From positions 288,001 to 352,000 of the forward strand of contig CAXXKT010000003.1 of assembly GCA_963662405.2 (NCBI GenBank): 64,000 nucleotides of DNA, written 5' to 3'. Source of the stretch: Syntrophales bacterium (GTDB lineage: Bacteria > Desulfobacterota > Syntrophia > Syntrophales > UBA2210). Every line of letters starts with the position of its first letter. Position 1 is the first letter of the stretch. A model generated the notes under the pieces. It was given only the letters and a program-made list of their open reading frames with translations. It was not told the origin of the DNA and searched no databases. Below, piece after piece: positions 54,201 through 62,004 of the stretch. Both the position numbers and the translations under genes were made by a program.

Positions 54201-56918
54201 AACGAAGATCACGCCGGATACCGGCAGTTGCTCCACGATCAGATTATGGGGCTCATTGCCGTAGGCGTTGGAACCAACATGACGGATCAACCGGGCGGTA
54301 TTTTTGTCAGGTCCGCAGAGCAGATATCGGACGAGGACAGTATCCTGCTTCGAACTGTTGCCCGCGCGATCATCACCGATGGTCAGGGAATGCTGGCGGA
54401 ACAGATCAACCGCAAGAGCCTCGTGGAATTAAATATGCCTCGCCTTACTCCGAGCCGGACTCACCGTGGCGCTCCTACGGCAATTGCCGCCTTGCCTCGC
54501 CACGATCTACTGTTTTTTAACGGACTCGGCGGATTCACCCCTGATGGCCGCGAGTACATCATTACCACCACGCATGATCAGGCGACTCCGGCACCATGGG
54601 TGAATGTCCTGGCGAACCCACACTTCGGAACCGTCATCTCGGAGAGCGGCTCTGCCTACACCTGGGCCGAGAATGCCCACGAGTTCCGCCTCACTCCCTG
54701 GTATAACGATCCCGTGAGCGATACAAGCGGGGAAGCGTTTTACCTCCGCGATGAAGAGAGCGGCCACTTCTGGTCTCCCATGCCCTTGCCCAGCCGTGGG
54801 GCAATGCCTTACGCCACCCGGCACGGATTCGGCTATAGCGTCTTTGAGCACACAGAGTGCGACATCCGCTCCGAGGTATGGGTCTACGTGGCCATGGATG
54901 AATCAATCAAGTTTACGGTGCTGAAAGTGAAAAACGAGTCCGGGCGGTCACGGCGGCTTTCTGCGACCGGATATGCGGAATGGGTTCTGGGAGATTTACG
55001 GCCCAAAACGACCATGCATGTGATCACCGAGATTGATCCCGTGAGTGGTGCGCTTTTTGCGCGTAACCCTTACAATACAGAATTTCCCGACAGGACTGCC
55101 TTTTTCGATGTGGACGAATCTACCCGAACGGTCAGTGGCGACCGGACGGAATTTCTGGGACGCAACGGCACGCTCGCCAATCCGGCGGCGATGACCCGTG
55201 TGCAGCTCTCCGACAGGGTAGGTGCGGCTCTGGACCCCTGCGCCGCTATTCAGGTTGCCTTCGAACTGGCCGCAGGGCAGGAACGTGAGATCGTCTTCAG
55301 ACTCGGCGTAGGGCAAAACGCCGAGGACGCCGGAAACCTGGTGCGGCGCTTCCGGAAACCTGCCGCCGTGCGCACCGCACTTGAAGAGGTTTCGCGGTAC
55401 TGGCAGCATACACTAAGCGCTGTAAAAGTAGAGACACCCGACCAGTCCCTTAACATACTCGCCAATGGCTGGCTCTTATACCAGACGCTGACATGCCGCC
55501 TGTGGGCGCGAAGCGGCTACTACCAGTCCGGAGGCGCCTATGGCTTTCGCGATCAGTTGCAGGACGTGATGTCGCTCATCCACACCGAGCCGCTCCTTGT
55601 GCGGGAGCACATCCTTCTTGCCGCGAGCCGTCAATTCCCCGAGGGTGATGTGCAGCACTGGTGGCATCCTCCTCAAGGTCGAGGCGTACGCACACGCTGT
55701 TCCGACGATTACCTCTGGCTGCCCTTTGCGGTATGCCACTACGTTCGAAGCACCGGAGATTACGGTGTATGGGACGAGAACATCTCTTTCCTCCAAGGCC
55801 ACGCAATAAGCGAAAACGAGGATTCCCATTACGATCTTCCAGATCGGACCCAGAAGGAAGCGGCCAGTTTGTACGAACACTGCGCAAGAGCCGTCTTGAA
55901 AGGGCTCAACTATGGCAAGCACGGATTGCCGCTCATGGGCTCCGGCGACTGGAACGACGGTATGAATATAGTGGGCGCAAAGGGGAAAGGCGAAAGCATC
56001 TGGCTGGGCTTTTTCCTGTATGACGTGCTGATGCAATTTACCGAGGTTGCCCGCAGGCGCGGCGATCTACCCTTCGCCCAGAGATGCAAGGCCGAAGCGG
56101 CTCAACTGCGCCGGAACATCGACCAGCATGGCTGGGATGGCGGGTGGTACCGCCGTGCTTACTTCGACGACGGTTCGCCGCTGGGGTCGATGGAAAACCC
56201 CGAATGCCGAATTGATTCGATTGCGCAGAGCTGGTCTGTCCTCTCCGGTGCGGGAAATGCCGAACACACGCGCCTCGCTATGGAGGCAGCGGATCAGCGG
56301 CTTGTTCACCGGGACCAGGGACTGATCCAACTTTTGGACCCGCCCTTCGACGCGTCTGATTTGAATCCCGGCTATATCCAGGGATACGTCCCCGGCGTGA
56401 GGGAAAACGGCGGGCAATACACCCACGGGGCAATCTGGCTGGCAATGGCCTTCGTGAAACTGGGCGACAACCGGCGCTCCTGGGAACTGACGGCCATGAT
56501 CAATCCGGTGAACCATACGAGGTCTCCTGAGTCGATTGCGACTTACAAAGTGGAACCCTACGTCATGGCGGCCGACGTCTATGCGTTTTCGCCGCACACC
56601 GGCCGGGGCGGATGGACATGGTACACCGGTTCGGCCGGCTGGATGTACCGGCTGATCGTGGAATTCCTCCTGGGGCTGAAGCTGGAGGCAGATACACTGA
56701 GTTTCGAACCGGTACTCCCGGCAGACTGGGAAGGTTTCAAGGTGCACTACCGGTATCGGGAAACGGTCTATCATATCGAGGTTATGCGCATGCATAAAGG
56801 CGACAGCAGAAAGAGTGTAACCGTCGACGGAGCACTGCAAGGAGATACAGCGATTCCCCTTGTTGACGACCGGCAGGAACACACAGTCGAGGTGAGAATA
56901 CCCGCCGGAGTGGACTGA
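48228..56918 (+). CDS. ndvB: Cyclic beta-1,2-glucan synthase (Cgs/NdvB; glycosyltransferase plus C-terminal GH94 phosphorylase)
   Basis: 2896 aa; EWLLDN, ERKRGK, SHDLLEG, RWIRGDWQ, GFRDQLQD, GDWNDG, ENGGQYTH; GTG 48234 is an alternative start. Confidence 0.93.
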   Translation: MKVDLINKTIPWILSHLRASLRGNDLTQKCASFEPPLRAELFSADQMEQHGKILAGSHEVTPRHAPDRLLRRLDENEDLLIGVHHLTTETAKANRRITPAGEWLLDNFYLIEEQIRTARRHLPKGYSRELPHLMNGPLASLPRVYDIALEMISHGDGRVDPEILSRFVAAYQTVTPLKLGELWAIPIMLRLALIENLRRVAARIATDRIDRNLADYWADQMTESAVKDPKSLILVVADMARSDPPLVSSFIAEITRRLQGQGPALSLPLTWLEHRLSEFNQTIQQMVLVENQQQAADQVSMSNSISSLRFLGAMDWREFVETMSGVERVLREDPRGVYGTMDFSTRDRYRHVVEKIARHSRFSESEVARTAIRLAQEGANGKEGNDRTAHVGFYLIDKGLPQLARTLKVRLSPSERLRKWSSRFSLFLYLGAIALIMAIFAGGGLAKAHVGALPGWAMVLIALLFGLGASQLAVSLANLLATLLATPHPLPRMDFSKGIPPEFRTLAVIPTMLTSTQNIEKLIEALEVRFLANRDANLHFGLLTDFQDARQEKLPEDEPLLRLARQRIEELNARYVNSQEDTFFLFHRPRLWNPEERIWMGYERKRGKLAALNALLRGEDRASECFSLVIGDIKVLSNVKYVITLDTDTQLPRDAAQQFVGAMAHPLNRARYDEKKQRICDGYGILQPRVAVSLTGMNRSRYAIMYGDEPGIDPYTRAVSDVYQDLFGEGSFIGKGIYDIEAFERTLKGRFPENRILSHDLLEGCYARAGLLSDVMLYEEYPPRYNADVNRRHRWIRGDWQLLQWVLSGVPGPDARLQINPLSWLSQWKIFDNLRRSLVPAALTLLLLLGWTVLSSGQGDWGACFWTLSVLGIILIPSMISSFLQALRKPDDVLLSQHLNSVLHSAGRSLAQATFTLVCLPYEAFFSLDAIVRTGWRMLVAHKRLLEWNSSDERFGSDRADLGSFCWSMWIAPVLAAAAVIDLMFSRPMSLVVAGPILGLWFVSPVVAWWISRPLVPLEARLTADQTAFLRMVARKTWSFFETFVGPEDHWLPPDNFQEHPNAVIAHRTSPTNMGLALLANLSAYDFGYLSAGQLIERTAQAFHTMEALERYRGHFYNWYDTQSLQPLQPAYISTVDSGNLAGHLLTLRQGLLALPDDPILGPRWLEGINDTVRVLVGIDGKTFSDQLADLQKLLTSAINSPPATLAAARLCLEQLATSAAEAATGINALDADPENQAQWWTRALAGQCQTALDDLTFLAPRASLSLSSDRESRCEMSGIDNIPTLRQLADLDGEANAEISRRAKVRIGAIEGLARQIDEIAYMEYDFLFDKACNLLSIGYNVSERRRDLSYYDLLASEARFCNFIAIAQGQLPQESWFALGRLLTTAGGEHILLSWSGSMFEYLMPLLVMPTYEHTLLDQTCKVAVARQLEYGKKRGVPWGSSESCYNAIDVDLNYQYRAFGVPDLGLKRGLVEDLVIAPYASALALMVAPEEACLNLERLAVEGLAGTYGFYEAIDYTPTRLPQGQSSVVIRSFMTHHQGMSFLSLAYVLLDRPMQKRFESEPMFQATLLLLQERIPKATAFFAHTAEFSDSYAAPMNTEAPVRLFGTPNTAKPEVHLLSNGRYHVMITNAGGGYSRWKDLAVTRWREDGTCDNWGTFCYLRDETSGEFWSTAYQPALKQADMYETVFTEAKAEFRCRHLDLDTRTEIAVSPEDDIELRRITITNRSGKRRTIDVTSYAEVVLASPAADALHPAFSKLFVQTEILHRQRAILCTRRPRSRDEHTPWMFHLMAVHGANIGDISYETDRSQFIGRGNTVVNPQAMGDASLLSGSDGSVLDPIVSIRYYVTLDAEETATVNIVSGIGETRDAALSLVGKYQDRRLADRVFDLAWTHSDIFLRQINATETDAQLYGSLAGSMIYANAVLRADASVIFKNHRGQSGLWGYAISGDLPILLLRVEDAVNIDLVRQIIQAHTYWRLKGLKTDLVIWNEDHAGYRQLLHDQIMGLIAVGVGTNMTDQPGGIFVRSAEQISDEDSILLRTVARAIITDGQGMLAEQINRKSLVELNMPRLTPSRTHRGAPTAIAALPRHDLLFFNGLGGFTPDGREYIITTTHDQATPAPWVNVLANPHFGTVISESGSAYTWAENAHEFRLTPWYNDPVSDTSGEAFYLRDEESGHFWSPMPLPSRGAMPYATRHGFGYSVFEHTECDIRSEVWVYVAMDESIKFTVLKVKNESGRSRRLSATGYAEWVLGDLRPKTTMHVITEIDPVSGALFARNPYNTEFPDRTAFFDVDESTRTVSGDRTEFLGRNGTLANPAAMTRVQLSDRVGAALDPCAAIQVAFELAAGQEREIVFRLGVGQNAEDAGNLVRRFRKPAAVRTALEEVSRYWQHTLSAVKVETPDQSLNILANGWLLYQTLTCRLWARSGYYQSGGAYGFRDQLQDVMSLIHTEPLLVREHILLAASRQFPEGDVQHWWHPPQGRGVRTRCSDDYLWLPFAVCHYVRSTGDYGVWDENISFLQGHAISENEDSHYDLPDRTQKEAASLYEHCARAVLKGLNYGKHGLPLMGSGDWNDGMNIVGAKGKGESIWLGFFLYDVLMQFTEVARRRGDLPFAQRCKAEAAQLRRNIDQHGWDGGWYRRAYFDDGSPLGSMENPECRIDSIAQSWSVLSGAGNAEHTRLAMEAADQRLVHRDQGLIQLLDPPFDASDLNPGYIQGYVPGVRENGGQYTHGAIWLAMAFVKLGDNRRSWELTAMINPVNHTRSPESIATYKVEPYVMAADVYAFSPHTGRGGWTWYTGSAGWMYRLIVEFLLGLKLEADTLSFEPVLPADWEGFKVHYRYRETVYHIEVMRMHKGDSRKSVTVDGALQGDTAIPLVDDRQEHTVEVRIPAGVD

Positions 56919-57107
56919 GTAGTGCAGATCGGTTTAAGATTTCCCATATATTTACTTCCCCTCTATGGATAATCAAAAACCCGGGAATCTACTTTCAGCC
57001 TGCGAATGACTCACTTTTTGAGCATTTTTTTGAGTTGATTTTTTTCGAAAGTCTGTATAGCATTCAATATGATATGGAGACAAGAAAAAAGCAGAGGAAT
57101 TAGGGAG

Positions 57108-59123
57108 ATGAGCGATATTATGCCTTCCCCCAAGACCATACAAACAAAGCAGCAGCTTCTCCTTGAGGTGGAAAAGCTTCAGGCGAGGCTTGATGCCTCA
57201 GAGAGGCGCTTACAGGAGACCAACGACATATTACAAGCTCAAATCGCCGAGCGCAAGCGAGCAGAGGAAGCCTTTGAGGAAGTTCAGGGATACACTAAAG
57301 ACATCGTGGAGACAATACGTGAACCACTTATCGTGCTTGACTCCGACCTGAAAGTTATCTCGGCAAATCGCTCCTTCTATGAAACCTTCCAAGTATTGCC
57401 TGAAGAGACCGAGGAAAGATTTATCTTTGAGGTGGGCAATCACCAGTGGGATATTCCTGCATTACGAAAGCTGTTAGAAGAAATTGTTCCCCAAAATACC
57501 CACTTCAATGATTTCGAGGTCGACCACACGTTTCCACACATTGGGCGGAAAAGGATGAATCTCAACGCTCGTCGGGTCTTTCGTGAAGGTAAAGGCACGG
57601 ATAAGATACTCCTTGCTTTTAAGGACATTACCGACCAAAAGCGGGCAGAAGAGGCACTCAAATTCTCTGAAAAGCGATACCGCCGCCTTTTTGAAACAGC
57701 CCAGGATGGAATATTAATCCTCGATGCCGAAACAGGGCAAATATCGGATGTGAACCCCTTCCTGACAGAAATGTTGGGTTATTCGCATGAGGACTTTTTA
57801 GGAAAGAAACTCTGGGAAATTGGGCTCTTTAAAGATATTGACGCATCGAAGGCCACCTTTTCGGAATTGCAGGATAACGGGTATGTCCGCTACAAAGATT
57901 TACCACTTGAGACAAAAGACGGACGGGTCATAGCCGTAGAGTTTGTCAGTAACGTCTATCTGGTCAATCATCATAAAGTGATTCAGTGCAACATCCGTGA
58001 TATCACCGAACGGAAACTTATAAGAGCGGCTTTACAAAAATCCCACGACGAACTGGAACAACGCGTTGAGAAACGGACACTCGAACTTCGGACGGCTCTT
58101 TCCGAGATTCAAACAATGAAAGACCGGCTAGAGGCCGAGAATATTTACTTCCGTAAAGAGGTCAAGAGAAGGGGCCAATCCAGCAATATAATAGGGCAAA
58201 GTGACGGGATCAAATATGCTCTCTATCGGGCGGAACAAGTTGCTCCTTCGAACACGACGGTCCTCATCCTTGGTGAGACCGGCACAGGGAAGGAACTGAT
58301 CGCTTTTGCCATCCATGAGATGAGCCCCCGCAAGGAGCGGCCGCTTATCACGGTCAACTGTGCTGCCCTGCCGGGCAATTTAATTGAGAGCGAACTATTC
58401 GGCCGGGAGAAGGGGGCATTTACCGGGGCCGATACCCGGCAGATCGGCCGATTTGAAATTGCCCATGGTTCCACCATTTGCCTGGACGAGATCGGGGAGT
58501 TGCCGCTGGAGTTGCAGGCAAAGCTGCTCCGGGTGATTCAGTATAACGAGTTTGAGCGCCTGGGCTCGTCCCATACCATCAAAGTCGATGTGCGGATTAT
58601 AGCTACGACCAATCGAACCCTTGAGGAAGAGGTCCGCAAAGGCCGGTTTCGGCAGGACCTTTACTATCGGCTCAACGTCTTCCCCATCACTGTTCCACCA
58701 TTGCGGCAGCGGAAAGAAGACATCCCATTATTGGTACAGATCTTCGTAGAGCGATACTCCAAGAAATTGGGCAAACAGATCACGTCGATCCAGAAGGAGA
58801 CGATGAAGGAACTACAGGATTACCCGTGGCCCGGGAACATCCGGGAGTTGGAAAGCATCGTTGAACGGGCAGCGATATTGTGCCCCGGGCCTGTCTTGCA
58901 TCTGGTAGATAAACTGAAGATTTCATCCTCTGCACTTTCATCAACCTTTAGGACATTGGAAGAGTCGGAGCGAAACCAGATTCTTAAAATTCTTTCTGAG
59001 ACAGGGTGGCGCATCGAGGGAAAGGACGGGGCCGCAGCGATCCTTGGCCTCAACCCAAGCACCTTACGAGCGAGAATGCATAAGCTTGGGATAGTCCGGC
59101 CGGAGATAAAAGAGCCCCAATAG
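57108..59123 (+). CDS. PAS-PAS sigma54 enhancer-binding protein
   Basis: Two PAS domains, [29 protein letters not shown]-terminal HTH; start uncertain. Confidence 0.93.
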   Translation: MSDIMPSPKTIQTKQQLLLEVEKLQARLDASERRLQETNDILQAQIAERKRAEEAFEEVQGYTKDIVETIREPLIVLDSDLKVISANRSFYETFQVLPEETEERFIFEVGNHQWDIPALRKLLEEIVPQNTHFNDFEVDHTFPHIGRKRMNLNARRVFREGKGTDKILLAFKDITDQKRAEEALKFSEKRYRRLFETAQDGILILDAETGQISDVNPFLTEMLGYSHEDFLGKKLWEIGLFKDIDASKATFSELQDNGYVRYKDLPLETKDGRVIAVEFVSNVYLVNHHKVIQCNIRDITERKLIRAALQKSHDELEQRVEKRTLELRTALSEIQTMKDRLEAENIYFRKEVKRRGQSSNIIGQSDGIKYALYRAEQVAPSNTTVLILGETGTGKELIAFAIHEMSPRKERPLITVNCAALPGNLIESELFGREKGAFTGADTRQIGRFEIAHGSTICLDEIGELPLELQAKLLRVIQYNEFERLGSSHTIKVDVRIIATTNRTLEEEVRKGRFRQDLYYRLNVFPITVPPLRQRKEDIPLLVQIFVERYSKKLGKQITSIQKETMKELQDYPWPGNIRELESIVERAAILCPGPVLHLVDKLKISSSALSSTFRTLEESERNQILKILSETGWRIEGKDGAAAILGLNPSTLRARMHKLGIVRPEIKEPQ

Positions 59124-59148
59124 AGCGTCCATCTCCCCTCAAAATATT

Positions 59149-59298
59149 CCTCAAGATATTGAGGGTTCCACCAAACACTGAGGCCAAACGAATGGTTTCA
59201 TACCTTTCTGCTGCTGCCTCCTATCAATCTAATTTACTGTTAATAAAGGATGAATCAAAACTTATAAATTCCCTTCGGCTACTGGCAAGCTATTTGCT
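59149..59298 (+). promoter_or_regulatory. Sigma54 promoter with upstream palindromes, copy 2
   Basis: CCTCAAGATATTGAGG; TGGCAAGCTATTTGCT at 59283-59298. Confidence 0.8.
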
Positions 59299-59309
59299 GT
59301 TATCTTTTT

Positions 59310-59615
59310 ATGATCCTCGTAATTACACAAATGAAGGTTGTTTCTGAAAAACGCATGGAATTGTTACAGACGATTGCTTCACTGTCTGATTTCATAGGGC
59401 TGGAGAAAGGATGCAATCGCTGTAACTTATGCCAGAGCATAGAGGATGAAAATAGACTCTTTCTTCTTGAAGAATGGGATACCAGGAAGAGCCTTATGGT
59501 CCATATGAGGTCGGAGCGATATAAGGTGTTACGGGGAGCAATGAACCTTCTTCAAGAGACCTACGAAATGATGTTCCACACCGGTTTCCATTCGGAGGGA
59601 ATGGAGGATATTTAA
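59310..59615 (+). CDS. Antibiotic biosynthesis monooxygenase (ABM) domain protein, copy 1
   Basis: EKGC, LLEEW..RKSL..H ABM pattern. Confidence 0.8.
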   Translation: MILVITQMKVVSEKRMELLQTIASLSDFIGLEKGCNRCNLCQSIEDENRLFLLEEWDTRKSLMVHMRSERYKVLRGAMNLLQETYEMMFHTGFHSEGMEDI

Positions 59616-59686
59616 TGAGGAGATTTAATGTGAAACAGCTTTTACTGAAATAGATGGAGGGATTTTTCCTCAGAAAGGAGGAGCAT

Positions 59687-59836
59687 ATGTTGTGGACGGT
59701 TGCTGCTGTACTGGTAATTTTGTGGCTGCTGGGTCTGGTGAGCAGCTATACGTTGGGTGGGTTCATTCATGTCCTGCTGGCCGTTGCCATTGTTGTTGTG
59801 TTGATCAGAGTCATTCAGGGGAGAAGAGTGTTGTAG
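59687..59836 (+). CDS. lmo0937-family small membrane protein
   Basis: MLWT...LWLLG...GGFIHVLL...IQGRR; AAGGAGG RBS. Confidence 0.85.
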   Translation: MLWTVAAVLVILWLLGLVSSYTLGGFIHVLLAVAIVVVLIRVIQGRRVL

Positions 59837-59994
59837 CGCGTAAGTTCCTTGCCGGAGAAGGTGAGGTTTTTGAAGAGGAAGGAAGCAAGCACATCTCCGG
59901 AAAGATTTTGCCGAATCGTTTGATATCTTAGGGTAGAAAAGGTTTCGTAATGAGTCATTTACAATCAAAGTCACAGAAGAGAGGAATACTTCCC

Positions 59995-60309
59995 ATGAAG
60001 AAGAGAAATATTGTTATCCATTTTTTAGTGATTCTTATGCTGATCGCCACCTTTGCAGCCTGTGCATCGACACGCACACAGTCAAGTGCAGGTGAATACG
60101 TTGACGATTCGATCATAACGACAAAGGTAAAATCCCTGCTTGCGGAAGATGATTTTCTCAAGTCATTTCAGATCAGTGTCGAGACTTACAAGGGCGCCGT
60201 TCAACTGAGCGGCTTTGTTGATTCTCAAAAGGCTGTCGATAAAGCGGGTGAAATAGTAAGGAGCGTTACAGGGGTCACATCCGTAAAGAATGATCTGATC
60301 GTGAAATAG
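59995..60309 (+). CDS. BON-domain lipoprotein (OsmY-like)
   Basis: FAAC lipobox-like site, DDSIITTKVK, VQLSGFV, GVTSVKNDL. Confidence 0.88.
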   Translation: MKKRNIVIHFLVILMLIATFAACASTRTQSSAGEYVDDSIITTKVKSLLAEDDFLKSFQISVETYKGAVQLSGFVDSQKAVDKAGEIVRSVTGVTSVKNDLIVK

Positions 60310-60325
60310 ATGAAGAAGAAATACC

Positions 60326-60391
60326 TTGAAATCAAGCACGAATGACCGGCTGGAAGGCACGTTTCACCAAATGAAGGGCAAAACTAAATAA
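60326..60391 (+). pseudogene. Truncated CsbD-like gene
   Basis: MKSSTNDRLEGTFHQMKGKTK then stop. Confidence 0.5.
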
Positions 60392-60686
60392 TTGTACGGC
60401 TCAACAAAATCAACCCCATCGTGAGATGAAGGTAATGAGCTGTGTTTCTCCATACTGACGAGGAAAATGAGGGTTAAAAGATGGAAAAGATGCTTAGAAA
60501 AAGTTCTTATTTAGTCGGCGTTCAAGCTATTTATCGCAATGGTGAGCTGATCTATAGCGGACAACAAACCAAGGTCGATATGAAATCCAATCAGGTGCAG
60601 GGGGGAACAGATAAGAAAGACGAGGACAATAATCAAAATAAATCATGAAAAAACAACAGTAACAACAATAAAGGGATAACATATAA

Positions 60687-60986
60687 ATGAAAAAATACAC
60701 AGAATAGTAGTAACAATGACAGCGATGGCATCTAATGATGCTCAGTATGCCTGCGTACGCGTCCAAAGTGGATGACCTCATCGAATCATCAGCCAGAAAT
60801 TCGTATGTGTTCAAGACCTGCCTCAAGGGTGATGATATCAAAGTCGAATCCAAAGACAGTGCTGTTACCTTGACGGGGATCGTCTCCGAGGAATCTCATA
60901 AGTCATTGGCCTAGGAGACCGTAGCAAGTCTCTCAGGTGTCAAGAGTGTGGACAACAAACTGGAAGTTAAAGGGGGACAGCTGTAA
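60687..60986 (+). pseudogene. BON-domain protein pseudogene
   Basis: DDIKVESKDSAVTLTG...SLA*ETVASLSGVKSVDNKL; TAG at 60912; 5' end out of frame. Confidence 0.75.
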
Positions 60987-61107
60987 GGGGCCGCAGTGAT
61001 CCTGGGTCTACACCCAAGCACCTTAAGATCAAGAATGTATAAGCTCGGGATAGTCCGTCCGGAGACAGAAAAACCGGATTAGGCTGTCCGCCTCCCTTTA
61101 AAGTATC

Positions 61108-61256
61108 CCTCAATATATCGAGGTTCCACGAAATATTGAGGCTGTATGAATCATCTTAACCCCTTCCGTCGTTCCCTCCTGATGATCTAATGGACTGTTA
61201 TTATAGGATGAATCAAAGCCCCTGGTCTTTCTTCAGTGATTGGCAAGCTATTTGCT
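61108..61256 (+). promoter_or_regulatory. Sigma54 promoter with upstream palindromes, copy 3
   Basis: CCTCAATATATCGAGG; TGGCAAGCTATTTGCT at 61241-61256. Confidence 0.78.
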
Positions 61257-61267
61257 GTTATCTTTTT

Positions 61268-61573
61268 ATGATCCTCGTAATTACACAAATGAAGGTTGTT
61301 TCTGAAAAACGCATGGAATTGTTACAGACGATTGCTTCACTGTCTGGTCCCATAGGACTGGAGAAAGGATGCAAGCGCTGCAACTTATGCCAGAGCATAG
61401 AGGATGAAAATAGACTCTTTCTTCTTGAAGAATGGGATACCAGGAAGAGCCTTATGGTCCATATGAGGTCGGAGCGATATAAGGTGTTACGGGGAGCAAT
61501 GAACCTTCTTCAAGAACCCTGTGAAAAATCGTTTTACACTGTTTACCATCCGAAGGAAATAAATGATATTTAA
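61268..61573 (+). CDS. ABM-domain protein, copy 2
   Basis: Nearly identical to 59310-59615 except the C-terminus. Confidence 0.8.
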   Translation: MILVITQMKVVSEKRMELLQTIASLSGPIGLEKGCKRCNLCQSIEDENRLFLLEEWDTRKSLMVHMRSERYKVLRGAMNLLQEPCEKSFYTVYHPKEINDI

Positions 61574-61629
61574 GAAAGATACAGAGGAGCTACAGCACAC
61601 ACCACAATTCAGAAGGAAAGGAATGATCG

Positions 61630-61992
61630 ATGAAAGCAGAGATGAAAGTAAAGATGAAATACGGGTGTTGGGGAATGATTTGCGGGGCTGTTATTGCAAT
61701 GATTATCGGATTTTCATGGGGTGGTTGGGTAACCGATAGCACGAGCCAGGCGAAGAGCGGTGAGGCCGTCTTGGCCAACCAGGCGGCGATTTGTGTCGCC
61801 CAATTCATGGAGGAACCGAACAGTCAAGAAAATCTCAAAGTATTTGAAGCGATGGAGAGCTACAAACGATCCGAATTTATTGAAAAGGGTGGGTGGAACA
61901 AAATGCCTGGGCAAACAGAGGCCAACTACGGTGTTTCCTACGCATGTGTCTCGGGACTAGAAGCTCTTATCAAGAAACAGAAGAATCAATAA
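61630..61992 (+). CDS. Hypothetical membrane-anchored protein
   Basis: N-terminal TM segment IIGFSWGGWVT; ICVAQF. Confidence 0.7.
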   Translation: MKAEMKVKMKYGCWGMICGAVIAMIIGFSWGGWVTDSTSQAKSGEAVLANQAAICVAQFMEEPNSQENLKVFEAMESYKRSEFIEKGGWNKMPGQTEANYGVSYACVSGLEALIKKQKNQ

Positions 61993-62004
61993 TGGGGATT
62001 AAAA

